NCBI GenBank assembly: GCA_038248345.1
Contig: JBBRXO010000056.1
Span: 1-17,795, forward strand
Source of the DNA: Armatimonadota bacterium
GTDB lineage: Bacteria; Armatimonadota; Hebobacteria; CAIYQO01
Direction: 5' to 3'
DNA: 17,795 nt
Shown here: positions 7,998 through 16,839 of the stretch, piece after piece
Position numbering within the stretch: the stretch's first letter is position 1
Layout: each line of letters begins with the position of its first letter
Program-made: the position numbers and the translations under genes
The notes under the pieces: generated by a model
Database searches by the model: none
Seen by the model: only the letters and a program-made list of their open reading frames with translations
Told to the model about the DNA's origin: nothing

Positions 7998-8025
7998 TTG
8001 ACAAATGTCCCGTTAAGGCTACAAT
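7998..8025 (+). promoter_or_regulatory. Sigma70 promoter of the GNAT gene
   Basis: TTGACA-16 nt-TACAAT. Confidence 0.65.
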
Positions 8026-8060
8026 AGCAGTAGGAATTTAACGCGGAAAGGGGACACATT

Positions 8061-8603
8061 ATGAACGTCTATGGAACTCGTGTGCGGATCAGACCTACGC
8101 AACAGGACGACCTGCCGTTTTTACAATCGTTATGGAACGACAAGCAGGTGATGCAATACCTGGGTTACCCGGATGGTATGCAGGTGACGGAGCAGGGGAT
8201 GGCGCATTGGTGGGCGATAACCCCGCAGGCAAAAAGTACCGAGAGCAACACCAACACCTCCTACCTGGCGACTCCTCATTGTATGATCACGCTTCTGGAT
8301 GATACCGTCATCGGCGAGCTGGCTTACTCTATCGACAGCAACCAGCGCGCGCGGGTTGACCTGAAGCTGGCCGTCGCCTTCTGGAGTCAGGGCTACGCCA
8401 CCGAAGCGTTGAAGCTGGCGCTACGTGAGCTTTTCGCCACCGACGCTGCCAACCGCGTGATGGTGGAACCCAGCCCGGAGAACGCCACCGCTATCGCCCT
8501 CTACCAGCGCTGCGGCTTCCGCCCCAAGCCCACCGAAGACCACCCCAACCGCTGGGAATGCCGCCGCGCCGAATACGACGCCCGGCCGTTGGAGACGCTG
8601 TAA
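8061..8603 (+). CDS. GNAT family N-acetyltransferase, RimJ/RimL-like
   Basis: RVRIRPTQQDDLPFL, FWSQGYATEAL (motif A), ENATAIALYQRCGF (motif B). Confidence 0.9.
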   Translation: MNVYGTRVRIRPTQQDDLPFLQSLWNDKQVMQYLGYPDGMQVTEQGMAHWWAITPQAKSTESNTNTSYLATPHCMITLLDDTVIGELAYSIDSNQRARVDLKLAVAFWSQGYATEALKLALRELFATDAANRVMVEPSPENATAIALYQRCGFRPKPTEDHPNRWECRRAEYDARPLETL

Positions 8604-8607
8604 GTTC

Positions 8608-8850
8608 GTAGCATGGGCGTCCCGCCCATGAAATCGTGCGAGGAAAACCACGAAGGCACGAAGACACAAAGAGAAGAGGGGCAGGCGGACGACCGGGACG
8701 ACATGTCCGCTGTAGTTAGGACTTTTGTTGGGGCACATGGCATGTGCCCGCGATACAGGTATAGTATACATGACCAATTGAAGGTATGGTTACGCAGGGG
8801 GCACAAGCCTTGTGCCCCTACAACTGGGTTGTGGGTGGAACCCACGTAAG
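8608..8850. repeat. Mosaic cluster of REP-like palindromes
   Basis: GTAGCATGGGCGTCCCGCCCATG (8608-8630); CACGAAGG/CACGAAGA/CACAAAG octamers (8649-8671); GTTGGGGCACATGGCATGTGCCC (8727-8749) / GGGCACAAGCCTTGTGCCCCTAC (8798-8821); GGGTTGTGGGTGGAACCCACGT (8826-8847). Confidence 0.75.
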
Positions 8851-8860
8851 GATGGTTCAG

Positions 8861-9721
8861 ATGAAGTGGTCACCCATAGCCATAGTTGGCATTATCGCAG
8901 CAGTGGCGACAGTCGTTACTACGATATCTTTCATCGCGTATTTCACGTCTGTTTCAAGAGATAAACAGCAGTTAGTCGATGCTGTTTATCATCAGGATGC
9001 AGATGCAGCAGACAAAATACTTACGGAAAGTCGGCTGAATCCTGATGATGTATATGATTACACCCACTTTGATTCAATGACTGTATCATTGATGGCAGTT
9101 GCGATGATGGACAAAAACGAGTCAAAACAGATACCGGTAATCCTGGTATTGTTGAAGCACGGAGCAGATGTTAACAAAGAATCAGATGGATTTTTACCAA
9201 TCGAAAGCGCAATGCATAATGGGAATCACCAAGTATACCGGATATTGCTGGAGCACGGTGCCACCATGTCACCGATAAATAACTTCATCGCATCCGCAGT
9301 TCAAGGCGCAAATATGGACATTCTTAAAGATATTATAAATCGCGGAGCGAGCGTCAATGCTCGTAGCAAAAATGGAGCTACACCGTTACATATTGTCCCT
9401 AATTCAGCAGTGGCAGAATTATAGCTCGCCAAAGGCGCTGATATAAAAGCAGTGAACGCGGACGGCAATACGCCGTTACATAACGCTCATGATGCATACA
9501 TTGCAGATCAGCTGATCGCCAAAGGTGCCGATGTTAACGCTGTGAACAAGAAAGGTGATGCTCCGATTCACACGGCGATTATGAGTTACCATGATGATGT
9601 CGTCGAGATTCTACTCGCCTACGACGCTGATAAATTGAAAGTGAATGGAACGGGACTCACCCCGTTGCAATTGGCAAAAAAATATGAAGCCAGCAAAATT
9701 GTGAAATTGCTGGAAGAGTGA
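8861..9721 (+). pseudogene. Membrane-anchored ankyrin-repeat protein interrupted by an in-frame TAG at 9422-9424
   Basis: Track ORFs 8786-9424 and 9452-9721 share one frame. Reading through gives GATPLHIVPNSAVAEL*LAKGADIKAVNADGNTPLH, a continuous ankyrin repeat. N-terminal TM segment; TAAGGA before ATG 8861. Confidence 0.8.
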
Positions 9722-9786
9722 AAGCAGGAAATTGGAAATAAAACATTACTTTAACGCTGAACCTCAAACACCTAATCATCTTCGCC

Positions 9787-10936
9787 ATGGTAATGGCGAT
9801 GCTGATCTCCACCGCCCTCTTTTCGCGCAACCTGCATGTGCAGGCGAAGCCGGTGCCGGTGGAGATAATGAACGCCAAGGTAAAATTCCACGGCGATGCC
9901 GGGAAAGCCGACGCTAAATATTATTTCGTGGGAGATGCATCGTCTGCTATTGTCCCCGAAGGCTACACACCACTTTATCCGGTATCAGTTAACAGGCTGA
10001 TTGGCTTTATGGATAAAGAAGGTAAGCTGGTGATTGAGCCACAGTTCGCCTCTATCGGTGGTAGTAGCATGGGTTCAACTTGTTCTGAATGGAAAATGGG
10101 GGTGTATCGATAGAGATGGAAAAACAGTAATCCCATTAGGTATCGACTTTGATTATCAGAAGTTGCCAATATATTTCAGGGAGGGCTGTTGCTACATCTC
10201 CGAAGAACCGAAGCCGTATGTCTTAAAAGATGCAATAGAATACCCACAGTATTATATCGATGTGAAGGGGAATAATTTACATCTAAATACTGAGTCGCAA
10301 GGTGGCACTTTTTTTGACAACGGGAAAGCATTTATTAATAGCAAAAAAGAAAAGGGCTGGGTGCTCATAGATAGGAAAGGAAAAATATTGTCCAAAGCAT
10401 ATGACGGAATCGTTAGAATTTATGATGGTTTGAACGGTTCGATATATGAGACAATGTTGCCAGATATAATGGATATCTAGGATGTCATGCCCGGCGTTTA
10501 CGCGTCTACAAAATATGGGGTATATCTTTTTCACAATGACTTGGCGATGGTGATGAATTACTCAGATGGCGATCCCCAATTTGGTTTCATCGATAGTAAG
10601 GGTACTGAAGTCATTGCACCAACCTACTTTAAATTGGGTTGTTTTAGTGAAGAATTGGCACGCGTAAAAATTGGCAATAAATGGGGCTACATCAACAAGT
10701 TGAATCAACTGGTTATTAAGCCAAAGTATGAAGATGGGGATGACTTCCAGGAGGGTTTGGCGGCAGTAAAATTTAATGGTAAGTACGGCTTCATCGACAA
10801 AACGGGCAAAATGGTGATCAAACCAAATTACGACGATGCCGGTAAGTTCAAGTGTGGGCTGGCTCTGGTGCAAGAGAAAGAAAAATGTGGTTACATTGAC
10901 GCAGTGGGCACGGTGGTGTGGGAACCGATGGAGTAA
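9787..10936 (+). pseudogene. Secreted WG (KWG)-repeat protein with a frameshift near 10060 and an in-frame TAG at 10478-10480
   Basis: Three ORF pieces: GFMDKEGKLVIEPQF, then a +1 shift to VAWVQLVLNGKWGCIDRDGK, then TAG, then KWGYINK..FQEGLAAVK..YGFIDKTGK in the same frame. The start position is uncertain. Confidence 0.8.
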
Positions 10937-10952
10937 GCGGGTATCCAAACAC

Positions 10953-11123
10953 TTATCGGGTATCCCTGGGAACGCAGGCGTCCCGCCTGCCCCGTTGGAC
11001 GATTATTGGGGGATTGCAGGGGTAAGAGGACGAGGCCATTGCTAGCTGTTAATCCGCTAGCCGCGATCTTCAGCCACTTAATGCCACAACCCTAAGGCAG
11101 GCGGGACGCCTGCGTTCCCAGGG
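10953..11123. repeat. Inverted REP pair (GCAGGCGTCCCGCCTGC family)
   Basis: 28-bp perfect inverted repeat 10964-10991 / 11096-11123 between convergent genes. Confidence 0.85.
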
Positions 11124-11646
11124 GTGCCACCACCATACTTGTCTGCGTCACCGGCACCAGCGGCTTTTTCGGCGTATCGAAGCCCCAGGTGTTGTGGAAC
11201 CAGGGGGCGCAGAAGAGCGCGATGACTATGCCGACGCGGGCGGCGTCGGCCAGAGTGAGATCGGCGAAGCTGCGCGTGGAGATGAGCAGGTTCCACCCAA
11301 ATATCAGCGGCAACGCTGCCAGCGCCACCACCCAGCTACCCGCGTGGATATAGTGGTAGGCCATGGCGTTGATCACCATCCCCCCGCCCCAGAGCAGGCC
11401 GATCCACAGGATGAGCTCGGTATCAAATCCGCCGAAGAGCTTCAGGTAGCTAAGGCTGACGATGAGCGCGGCGGTGTAAATGGCCAGATAGACAGTAGAC
11501 CAGATGACGGTATTGATTAGCAAACCCATCACCGACGGGCCACTGTGATACTGGTTGATCAGCTCGTCTGTGCTCTGTGCCACAGCGCTACCGAGGGAGA
11601 TTACCAGCAGAAATATTAGCAAACTTAGCAGGTATTTGTTTCGCAT
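11092..11646 (-). CDS. Hypothetical membrane protein (signal peptide plus about 4 TM segments, 184 aa)
   Basis: MRNKYLLSLLIFLLVISLGSAVA signal peptide and several hydrophobic segments; the last codons lie within the REP. Confidence 0.7.
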   Translation of the reverse strand: MRNKYLLSLLIFLLVISLGSAVAQSTDELINQYHSGPSVMGLLINTVIWSTVYLAIYTAALIVSLSYLKLFGGFDTELILWIGLLWGGGMVINAMAYHYIHAGSWVVALAALPLIFGWNLLISTRSFADLTLADAARVGIVIALFCAPWFHNTWGFDTPKKPLVPVTQTSMVVAPLGTQASRLP

Positions 11647-11651
11647 AGCGC

Positions 11652-11680
11652 TTGACAACCCTTTCAAAACAGCCTAAACT
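11652..11680 (+). promoter_or_regulatory. Sigma70 promoter of cysK
   Basis: TTGACA-17 nt-TAAACT; the -10 is overlapped by CTAAAC-N7-GTTTAG (11674-11692). Confidence 0.65.
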
Positions 11681-11788
11681 ACCAATGTTTAGTATACATA
11701 GCGGAATGGTATGATATAAACACTAGTTGACGGTAGTTACCATTCAACTTATAGTTTACACTGCAAGTGTGTGGAAAGGAAGAGCAAA

Positions 11789-12727
11789 ATGAAATATGGA
11801 GCTGATGCGACGAAATTAGTGGGCAATACCCCGCTGGTACGCCTAAACCGCGTTACCGACGGCGCTGCCGGTATGGTGCTGGCGAAGCTGGAGATGTACA
11901 ACCCGGCGAGCTGCGTGAAAGAACGCATCGCCGTGTCGATGATCGAGGCGGCGGAACGCGCGGGGTTGATCGGGCCAGATACCATCATTGTGGAGCCTAC
12001 CAGCGGCAATACCGGTATCGGATTAGGCATGGTGGCGGCGGCGCGCGGCTACCAGTTGATATTGGTGATGCCGGAGTCGATGAGCGTGGAACGCCGCCAG
12101 GTGCTGAAGATATTCGGCGCCAAGCTGGCGCTAACCCCCGCCGCTGACGGCATGACCGGGGCGGTGAAATATGCCACTGAGCTGGCGGCCTCCGACAGCA
12201 AATACTTCCTGCCGCAACAGTTCAGCAATCCCGCTAATCCGGAAATCCACAAACTGACCACCGGGCCGGAGATCTGGAATGATACCGATGGTAAAGTGGA
12301 TATATTCATCGCGGGCGTGGGCACCGGCGGCACCATCACCGGCGTTGGCGAGTACCTGAAGAGCCGCAACCCCAACGTGAAGATCATCGCCGTGGAGCCC
12401 GCGGCCTCGCCCACGCTCACCAGTGGCGGCAAAGGCCCGCATCCCTTCATGGGCATCGGCGCCGGTTTCGTCCCCGAGGTGCTGCGGCGTGACCTGCTCG
12501 ATGAGGTAATCACGGTGCCCAGCGAGGCCGGCACGCAGATGACGCTGCGCCTGGCGCGCGAAGAAGGCCTCTTCGTCGGCATCAGCAGCGGCGGCGCAGC
12601 GTGGGCGGCAGTGGAAGTGGCGAAACGACCGGAGAATGCCGGCAAAATAATAGTAACCCTCTTCCCCGACAGCGGCGACCGCTACCTGAGCACGCCCACG
12701 TTTCAATCGGTGTTGAAGGAAGAGTGA
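11789..12727 (+). CDS. cysK: Cysteine synthase (O-acetylserine sulfhydrylase, 312 aa)
   Basis: [24 protein letters not shown] (PLP Lys), [49 protein letters not shown] before ATG 11789. Confidence 0.93.
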   Translation: MKYGADATKLVGNTPLVRLNRVTDGAAGMVLAKLEMYNPASCVKERIAVSMIEAAERAGLIGPDTIIVEPTSGNTGIGLGMVAAARGYQLILVMPESMSVERRQVLKIFGAKLALTPAADGMTGAVKYATELAASDSKYFLPQQFSNPANPEIHKLTTGPEIWNDTDGKVDIFIAGVGTGGTITGVGEYLKSRNPNVKIIAVEPAASPTLTSGGKGPHPFMGIGAGFVPEVLRRDLLDEVITVPSEAGTQMTLRLAREEGLFVGISSGGAAWAAVEVAKRPENAGKIIVTLFPDSGDRYLSTPTFQSVLKEE

Positions 12728-12769
12728 CTTAGGAAGTAGGAAGTAGGATATCACCACCGGGGTATCGTT

Positions 12770-12823
12770 TTCACCTAACCTCCATTCCCTTCCTTGCCGG
12801 GAAGGGGATGGGGATTAGGTGAA
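12770..12823. repeat. REP-like long hairpin after cysK, possibly a terminator
   Basis: TTCACCTAACCTCCATTCCCTTCC-TTGCCG-GGAAGGGGATGGGGATTAGGTGAA; preceded by TAGGAAG heptamers (12730-12748). Confidence 0.75.
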
Positions 12824-12897
12824 GCGTGCGCCCTACAGTTTTTCACCATCTTTGTAGCTTTCACCCGCCCTGGCGCGTGTTTGAACTTATTAACCTA

Positions 12898-12973
12898 AAC
12901 GTGAGCTTCGCCCACAACCCGATCCATCTTCTAAATGGTTTTTGTTGACAACGTGGGTGTGGGGGCGCACGTT
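12898..12973. repeat. Imperfect inverted repeat related to 8826-8847
   Basis: ACGTGAGCTTCGCCCACAACCC matches the reverse complement of 8826-8847 at 18 of 22 nt; partner arm GGGTGTGGGGGCGCACGTT. Confidence 0.55.
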
Positions 12974-13087
12974 GTGATTAGCACGCGATTATAGCATTAA
13001 TCTCCAACAATATTTCACCAATCATACAACAAAATCATCAGAAACATGGTATAAATAATAATAGGAGAAGATGGTAAGGAGGTGCGC

Positions 13088-16000
13088 ATGGGCGATACCG
13101 TCCATAGCAATAATACTCTAGCGAAGCTGTCAGGCTATTTTGCTGTCGCAGTAGGCGTGACCGTGGTACTTGGCTGGCTCTTCGATATCGCCCCATTGAA
13201 GAGCGTATTGCCGGGCTTCATCATCATGAAGGCCAATACCGCTTTTGGCTTTATCTTGGCCGGTACCACGCTGGTGTTGCTGGCGGATTCCTCCGCTACT
13301 GCGTGGGCACGCCGGCTGGCACAGGTGTGTGCCGGGGCGGTGGCGCTACTGGGTCTGCTCACTTTGTGCCAGTATCTCTTCGGCGTCGATTTTGGCATCG
13401 ACCAACTGCTCTTCCACGATCCTGCCGGTGCGGTGGCCCCCCTCTCCCCCGGGCGCATGGTTCCGCTTACGGCAATAAATTTCCTCGTGCTGGGGGCCGC
13501 GTTGTTGCTGGCGCAATATCATAAAAATATCAAGGCCATGCAGTGGCTGGGGGTATTTATCGGTTTTATGGGACTGGTACCACTTGTCGGATATCTGTAT
13601 CGGGCAACTACCTTCATCGGTATCGGCATGCACACTGAGTTGGCCGTGCATACGGCCGTCCTCTTCATCATCCTGTCGGCAGGATTGCTACTATTATTCC
13701 CCACCGAAGGGATGATGCGGATAATGACCGGCGCTACCCCGGGCGGGTGGCTAATGCGACGGATGGCACCGTTTATTGTGGTAATTCCGCTGCTACTTGG
13801 CTGGCTGCGCATCCATGGCGAGCGTGCCGGATATTTTGAGAGCGCCCTCGGCACCGCGCTGATGATGATTACCGTGATACTGATATCGCTCATTATCATC
13901 TGGTGGGCTGCGCATAAGCTTGATAAAGACGATAACCAACGCCGACAAACTGATGCCCAAATGCGCTCCTCCGAGGAGCGTTATCGCCGCCTCTTCGAGT
14001 CAGCGCAGGACGGCATTCTCATCCTTGACGCTGATACTGGTGTGATCGTCGATGTCAATCCCTACCTGACACATATGTTAGGTTACACCCATGAGGAACT
14101 GCTCGGAAAGCGACTCTGGCAAATAGGCGCTTTCACTGATATTGTCGCCAGTGAAGAAGCATTCCTGGAATTACAGCGAAAAGAATATGTACGCTATGAA
14201 AATTTGCCGTTGGAAACCAAACATGGTAGTAGCGTAGATGTTGAATTCGTCAGCAACGTATATGAGGTCAACCACGGGAAGGTGATCCAATGTAACATCC
14301 GCGATATCACCATTAGGGTCAGGGCGGAGGCGCACCGGGCGCTGGCCATGCAGGTGTTGGCAACGTTGAACCGGAGCAACGATATCACCATGCTCGTGAA
14401 GGATATCCTGGCGCTCATCCAAAAAGCCACTGGCATCGAGGCGGTGGGCATCCGTTTGCGGGAGGGCGAGGACTATCCATATTATGAAACTAGCGGCTTA
14501 CCCGATTCGTTCCTCAAGACCGAACGCTACCTCTGTGCGCGTGACAGTAATGGCGATATCATCCGTAACGAATGCGGGGTAGCGCAATTAGAGTGTATGT
14601 GTGGAAGCATTATTTGCGGACATGCCAGTGCGCAATTGCCGATATATACCGAACACGGGAGCTTCTGGACGAACAGCACAACCGAATTTATGGCGACAAC
14701 CACCGAGGTGGAACGACCGCCCCGCATGCATAACCGGTGTATCAGCGCTGGATACGAATCAGTCGCGCTGATCCCCTTGAGTTCCGGCACTGACATCATC
14801 GGTCTATTGCAACTCAATGATCACCGGCGCGGGATGTTCACCGAAGAGATGGTTATGTCGTTAGAAGAGATCGGCGCGAGTATCGGCATTGCGGTGGCGC
14901 GCAAACGGATGGTGGAAAAGGTACGTGAGAGCGAGGTACGCTACCGCACCCTTGCTAATTCAGGGCAGGCACTTATCTGGACCTCGGGACTGGACAAGGC
15001 GTGCGACTACTTCAACGAGACTTGGCTTCAGTTCACCGGCCGGACACTGGAGCAGGAATTGGGAGATGGCTGGGTGGAAGGGGTGCATCCGGAAGACCTT
15101 GACCGTTGCATAAAAACCTACGTCACGGCCTTCTGCGTACGCGAGAAATTCAGTATGGTGTATCGCCTGCGGCATGCCAGCGGCGAATATCGATGGCTGC
15201 AGGACGACGGCACCCCCCGTTTCGATAGCGCCGGAATTTTTCTGGGTTATATCGGGCATTGCCTGGATATCACTGCGCGCAAACAGGCGGAGGAGGAAAT
15301 CCACGCCTCGCGGGATTTGCTCCACACCATTATTGAAAGTGCGCCCATCCGTGTGTTTTGGAAAGATGCCGAATTACGCTATCTCGGCAGCAACAGCGTT
15401 TTTGCGCGCGATGCGGGGCTTTTGTGCCCGGAGGAGTTGATTGGCAAGGATGACTTCCAACTGAGCTGGCGCGATCAGGCCGAACTGTACCGTGCCGATG
15501 ACAAATGGGTAATGGAGACCAACACGCCGAAACTCGGCTTCGAGGAGCCACAAACCACGCCCGACGGCCACCCTCTTTGGCTGCGGACGTCTAAAGTTCC
15601 GCTCTGCAATGCCGAGGGCAAAGTCATTGGTTTGCTGGGCATGTATGAGGACATCACCGAACGCAAACGGGCGGATGCGGAACACGAAACGTTGCAAACG
15701 CAGTTTGCGCAGGCACAGAAGATGCAAACCGTCGGCCAACTGGCCGCCGGGGTGGCGCATGACTTCAACAATCTGCTCACTGGGATCACCGGTTTCACCC
15801 GGTTCGCCTTCAATTCCGTACTGGAAGGGTCGCAGGAAAAAGAAGATTTGGAGGAGGTGCTCAAGTTAGCGAAGCGCGCGGCAGACTTGACCCACCAGTT
15901 GCTGGCCTTCAGCCGGCGGCAACCGCTGCAGCCAGTGGATATACATATCAACGGGCTGGTCAGTGACCTGGCGAAGATGCTGGGGCGGGTGCTGGGCGAG

Positions 16001-16837
16001 CATTTGAAGTTAAAGTTTGAGCTGGAGGCGACGCTGGACCTGGTGAAGATCGACCCGGGGCAGTTCGAGCAAGTGCTGGTGAATCTGGCCGTCAACGCGC
16101 GCGACGCCATGCCTGATGGTGGCGCACTGACTATCGAAACCGCCAATGTGACCCTGGATGAGGAATATGCCCGCGTTCATAATGGCACGATACCGGGGCC
16201 ATACGTGATGCTGGCCGTCAGCGATACCGGTTGCGGCATGGATGCCGAAACCCTCTCGCATATGTTTGAGCCATTCTACACCACCAAAGGTGTCGGCCAG
16301 GGCACCGGGCTGGGGCTGGCGACGGTATACGGCATCGTCAAGCAACATGACGGCAATATCTGGGTGTACAGCGAGGAAGGTATGGGGACTACCTTCAAGG
16401 TCTACCTGCCGCAGGTAATTGAAGAGACTGACGTCATGGCTGTTGCGCCGGCAGCGGTATCATACACCGGCAGCGAGACGATCCTCGTTGTCGAAGATGA
16501 CGCCGTTGTGCGCGAAGTCGTGCGGCGAAACCTGGAAGCATATGGATATCAGGTATTCACCGCCGCACTACCCTCACTGGCCGAAGTCATACTGGAAGAG
16601 AAGGGTGATGAGATCACTCTCCTTCTCACTGATATGATGATGCCGGAACGCAGCGGATCTCAGCTATATGAAGCGCTACGCACGCGGTATCCACGCTTGC
16701 GTGTGCTCTACATGTCCGGGTATACTGAAAACGCTATCGTAGATCACGATATTATTAGTTCGGGTGCCCCGTTCATTCAGAAGCCATTCACGGCGGAGAT
16801 GCTCGGGAAAATGGTTCGATCAGCATTGGATAGGTAA
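13088..16837 (+). CDS. Hybrid sensor histidine kinase: multi-TM, PAS, GAF, PAS, PAS, HisKA/HATPase, REC (1249 aa)
   Basis: AAGGAGG before ATG 13088. About 7-8 TM segments; PAS ends RDIT/LDIT/EDIT; H-box AHDFNNLL; NLAVNARDA, DTGCGM, FEPFYTTK, GTGLGL; receiver LVVEDD..TDMMMP..KPF. Confidence 0.96.
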   Translation: MGDTVHSNNTLAKLSGYFAVAVGVTVVLGWLFDIAPLKSVLPGFIIMKANTAFGFILAGTTLVLLADSSATAWARRLAQVCAGAVALLGLLTLCQYLFGVDFGIDQLLFHDPAGAVAPLSPGRMVPLTAINFLVLGAALLLAQYHKNIKAMQWLGVFIGFMGLVPLVGYLYRATTFIGIGMHTELAVHTAVLFIILSAGLLLLFPTEGMMRIMTGATPGGWLMRRMAPFIVVIPLLLGWLRIHGERAGYFESALGTALMMITVILISLIIIWWAAHKLDKDDNQRRQTDAQMRSSEERYRRLFESAQDGILILDADTGVIVDVNPYLTHMLGYTHEELLGKRLWQIGAFTDIVASEEAFLELQRKEYVRYENLPLETKHGSSVDVEFVSNVYEVNHGKVIQCNIRDITIRVRAEAHRALAMQVLATLNRSNDITMLVKDILALIQKATGIEAVGIRLREGEDYPYYETSGLPDSFLKTERYLCARDSNGDIIRNECGVAQLECMCGSIICGHASAQLPIYTEHGSFWTNSTTEFMATTTEVERPPRMHNRCISAGYESVALIPLSSGTDIIGLLQLNDHRRGMFTEEMVMSLEEIGASIGIAVARKRMVEKVRESEVRYRTLANSGQALIWTSGLDKACDYFNETWLQFTGRTLEQELGDGWVEGVHPEDLDRCIKTYVTAFCVREKFSMVYRLRHASGEYRWLQDDGTPRFDSAGIFLGYIGHCLDITARKQAEEEIHASRDLLHTIIESAPIRVFWKDAELRYLGSNSVFARDAGLLCPEELIGKDDFQLSWRDQAELYRADDKWVMETNTPKLGFEEPQTTPDGHPLWLRTSKVPLCNAEGKVIGLLGMYEDITERKRADAEHETLQTQFAQAQKMQTVGQLAAGVAHDFNNLLTGITGFTRFAFNSVLEGSQEKEDLEEVLKLAKRAADLTHQLLAFSRRQPLQPVDIHINGLVSDLAKMLGRVLGEHLKLKFELEATLDLVKIDPGQFEQVLVNLAVNARDAMPDGGALTIETANVTLDEEYARVHNGTIPGPYVMLAVSDTGCGMDAETLSHMFEPFYTTKGVGQGTGLGLATVYGIVKQHDGNIWVYSEEGMGTTFKVYLPQVIEETDVMAVAPAAVSYTGSETILVVEDDAVVREVVRRNLEAYGYQVFTAALPSLAEVILEEKGDEITLLLTDMMMPERSGSQLYEALRTRYPRLRVLYMSGYTENAIVDHDIISSGAPFIQKPFTAEMLGKMVRSALDR

Positions 16838-16839
16838 AG

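Noticed and set aside
8613..8849. 78-aa ORF between the GNAT and ankyrin genes
   Set aside because: It is a translation of the repeat mosaic.
7723..8850. CRISPR array or integron attC sites
   Set aside because: No regularly spaced direct repeats with unique spacers, no clear attC core sites, and no cas or integrase gene.
4234..10995. 43-bp direct repeats as att sites of an island
   Set aside because: They enclose the housekeeping gene glyA and belong to a multi-copy palindromic family.
11685..11714. cysK leader peptide MFSIHSGMV
   Set aside because: No Cys codons and no downstream terminator.
12824..13080. c-di-GMP riboswitch upstream of the kinase/HD-GYP operon
   Set aside because: No recognisable GEMM-type stems or tetraloop/receptor motif.
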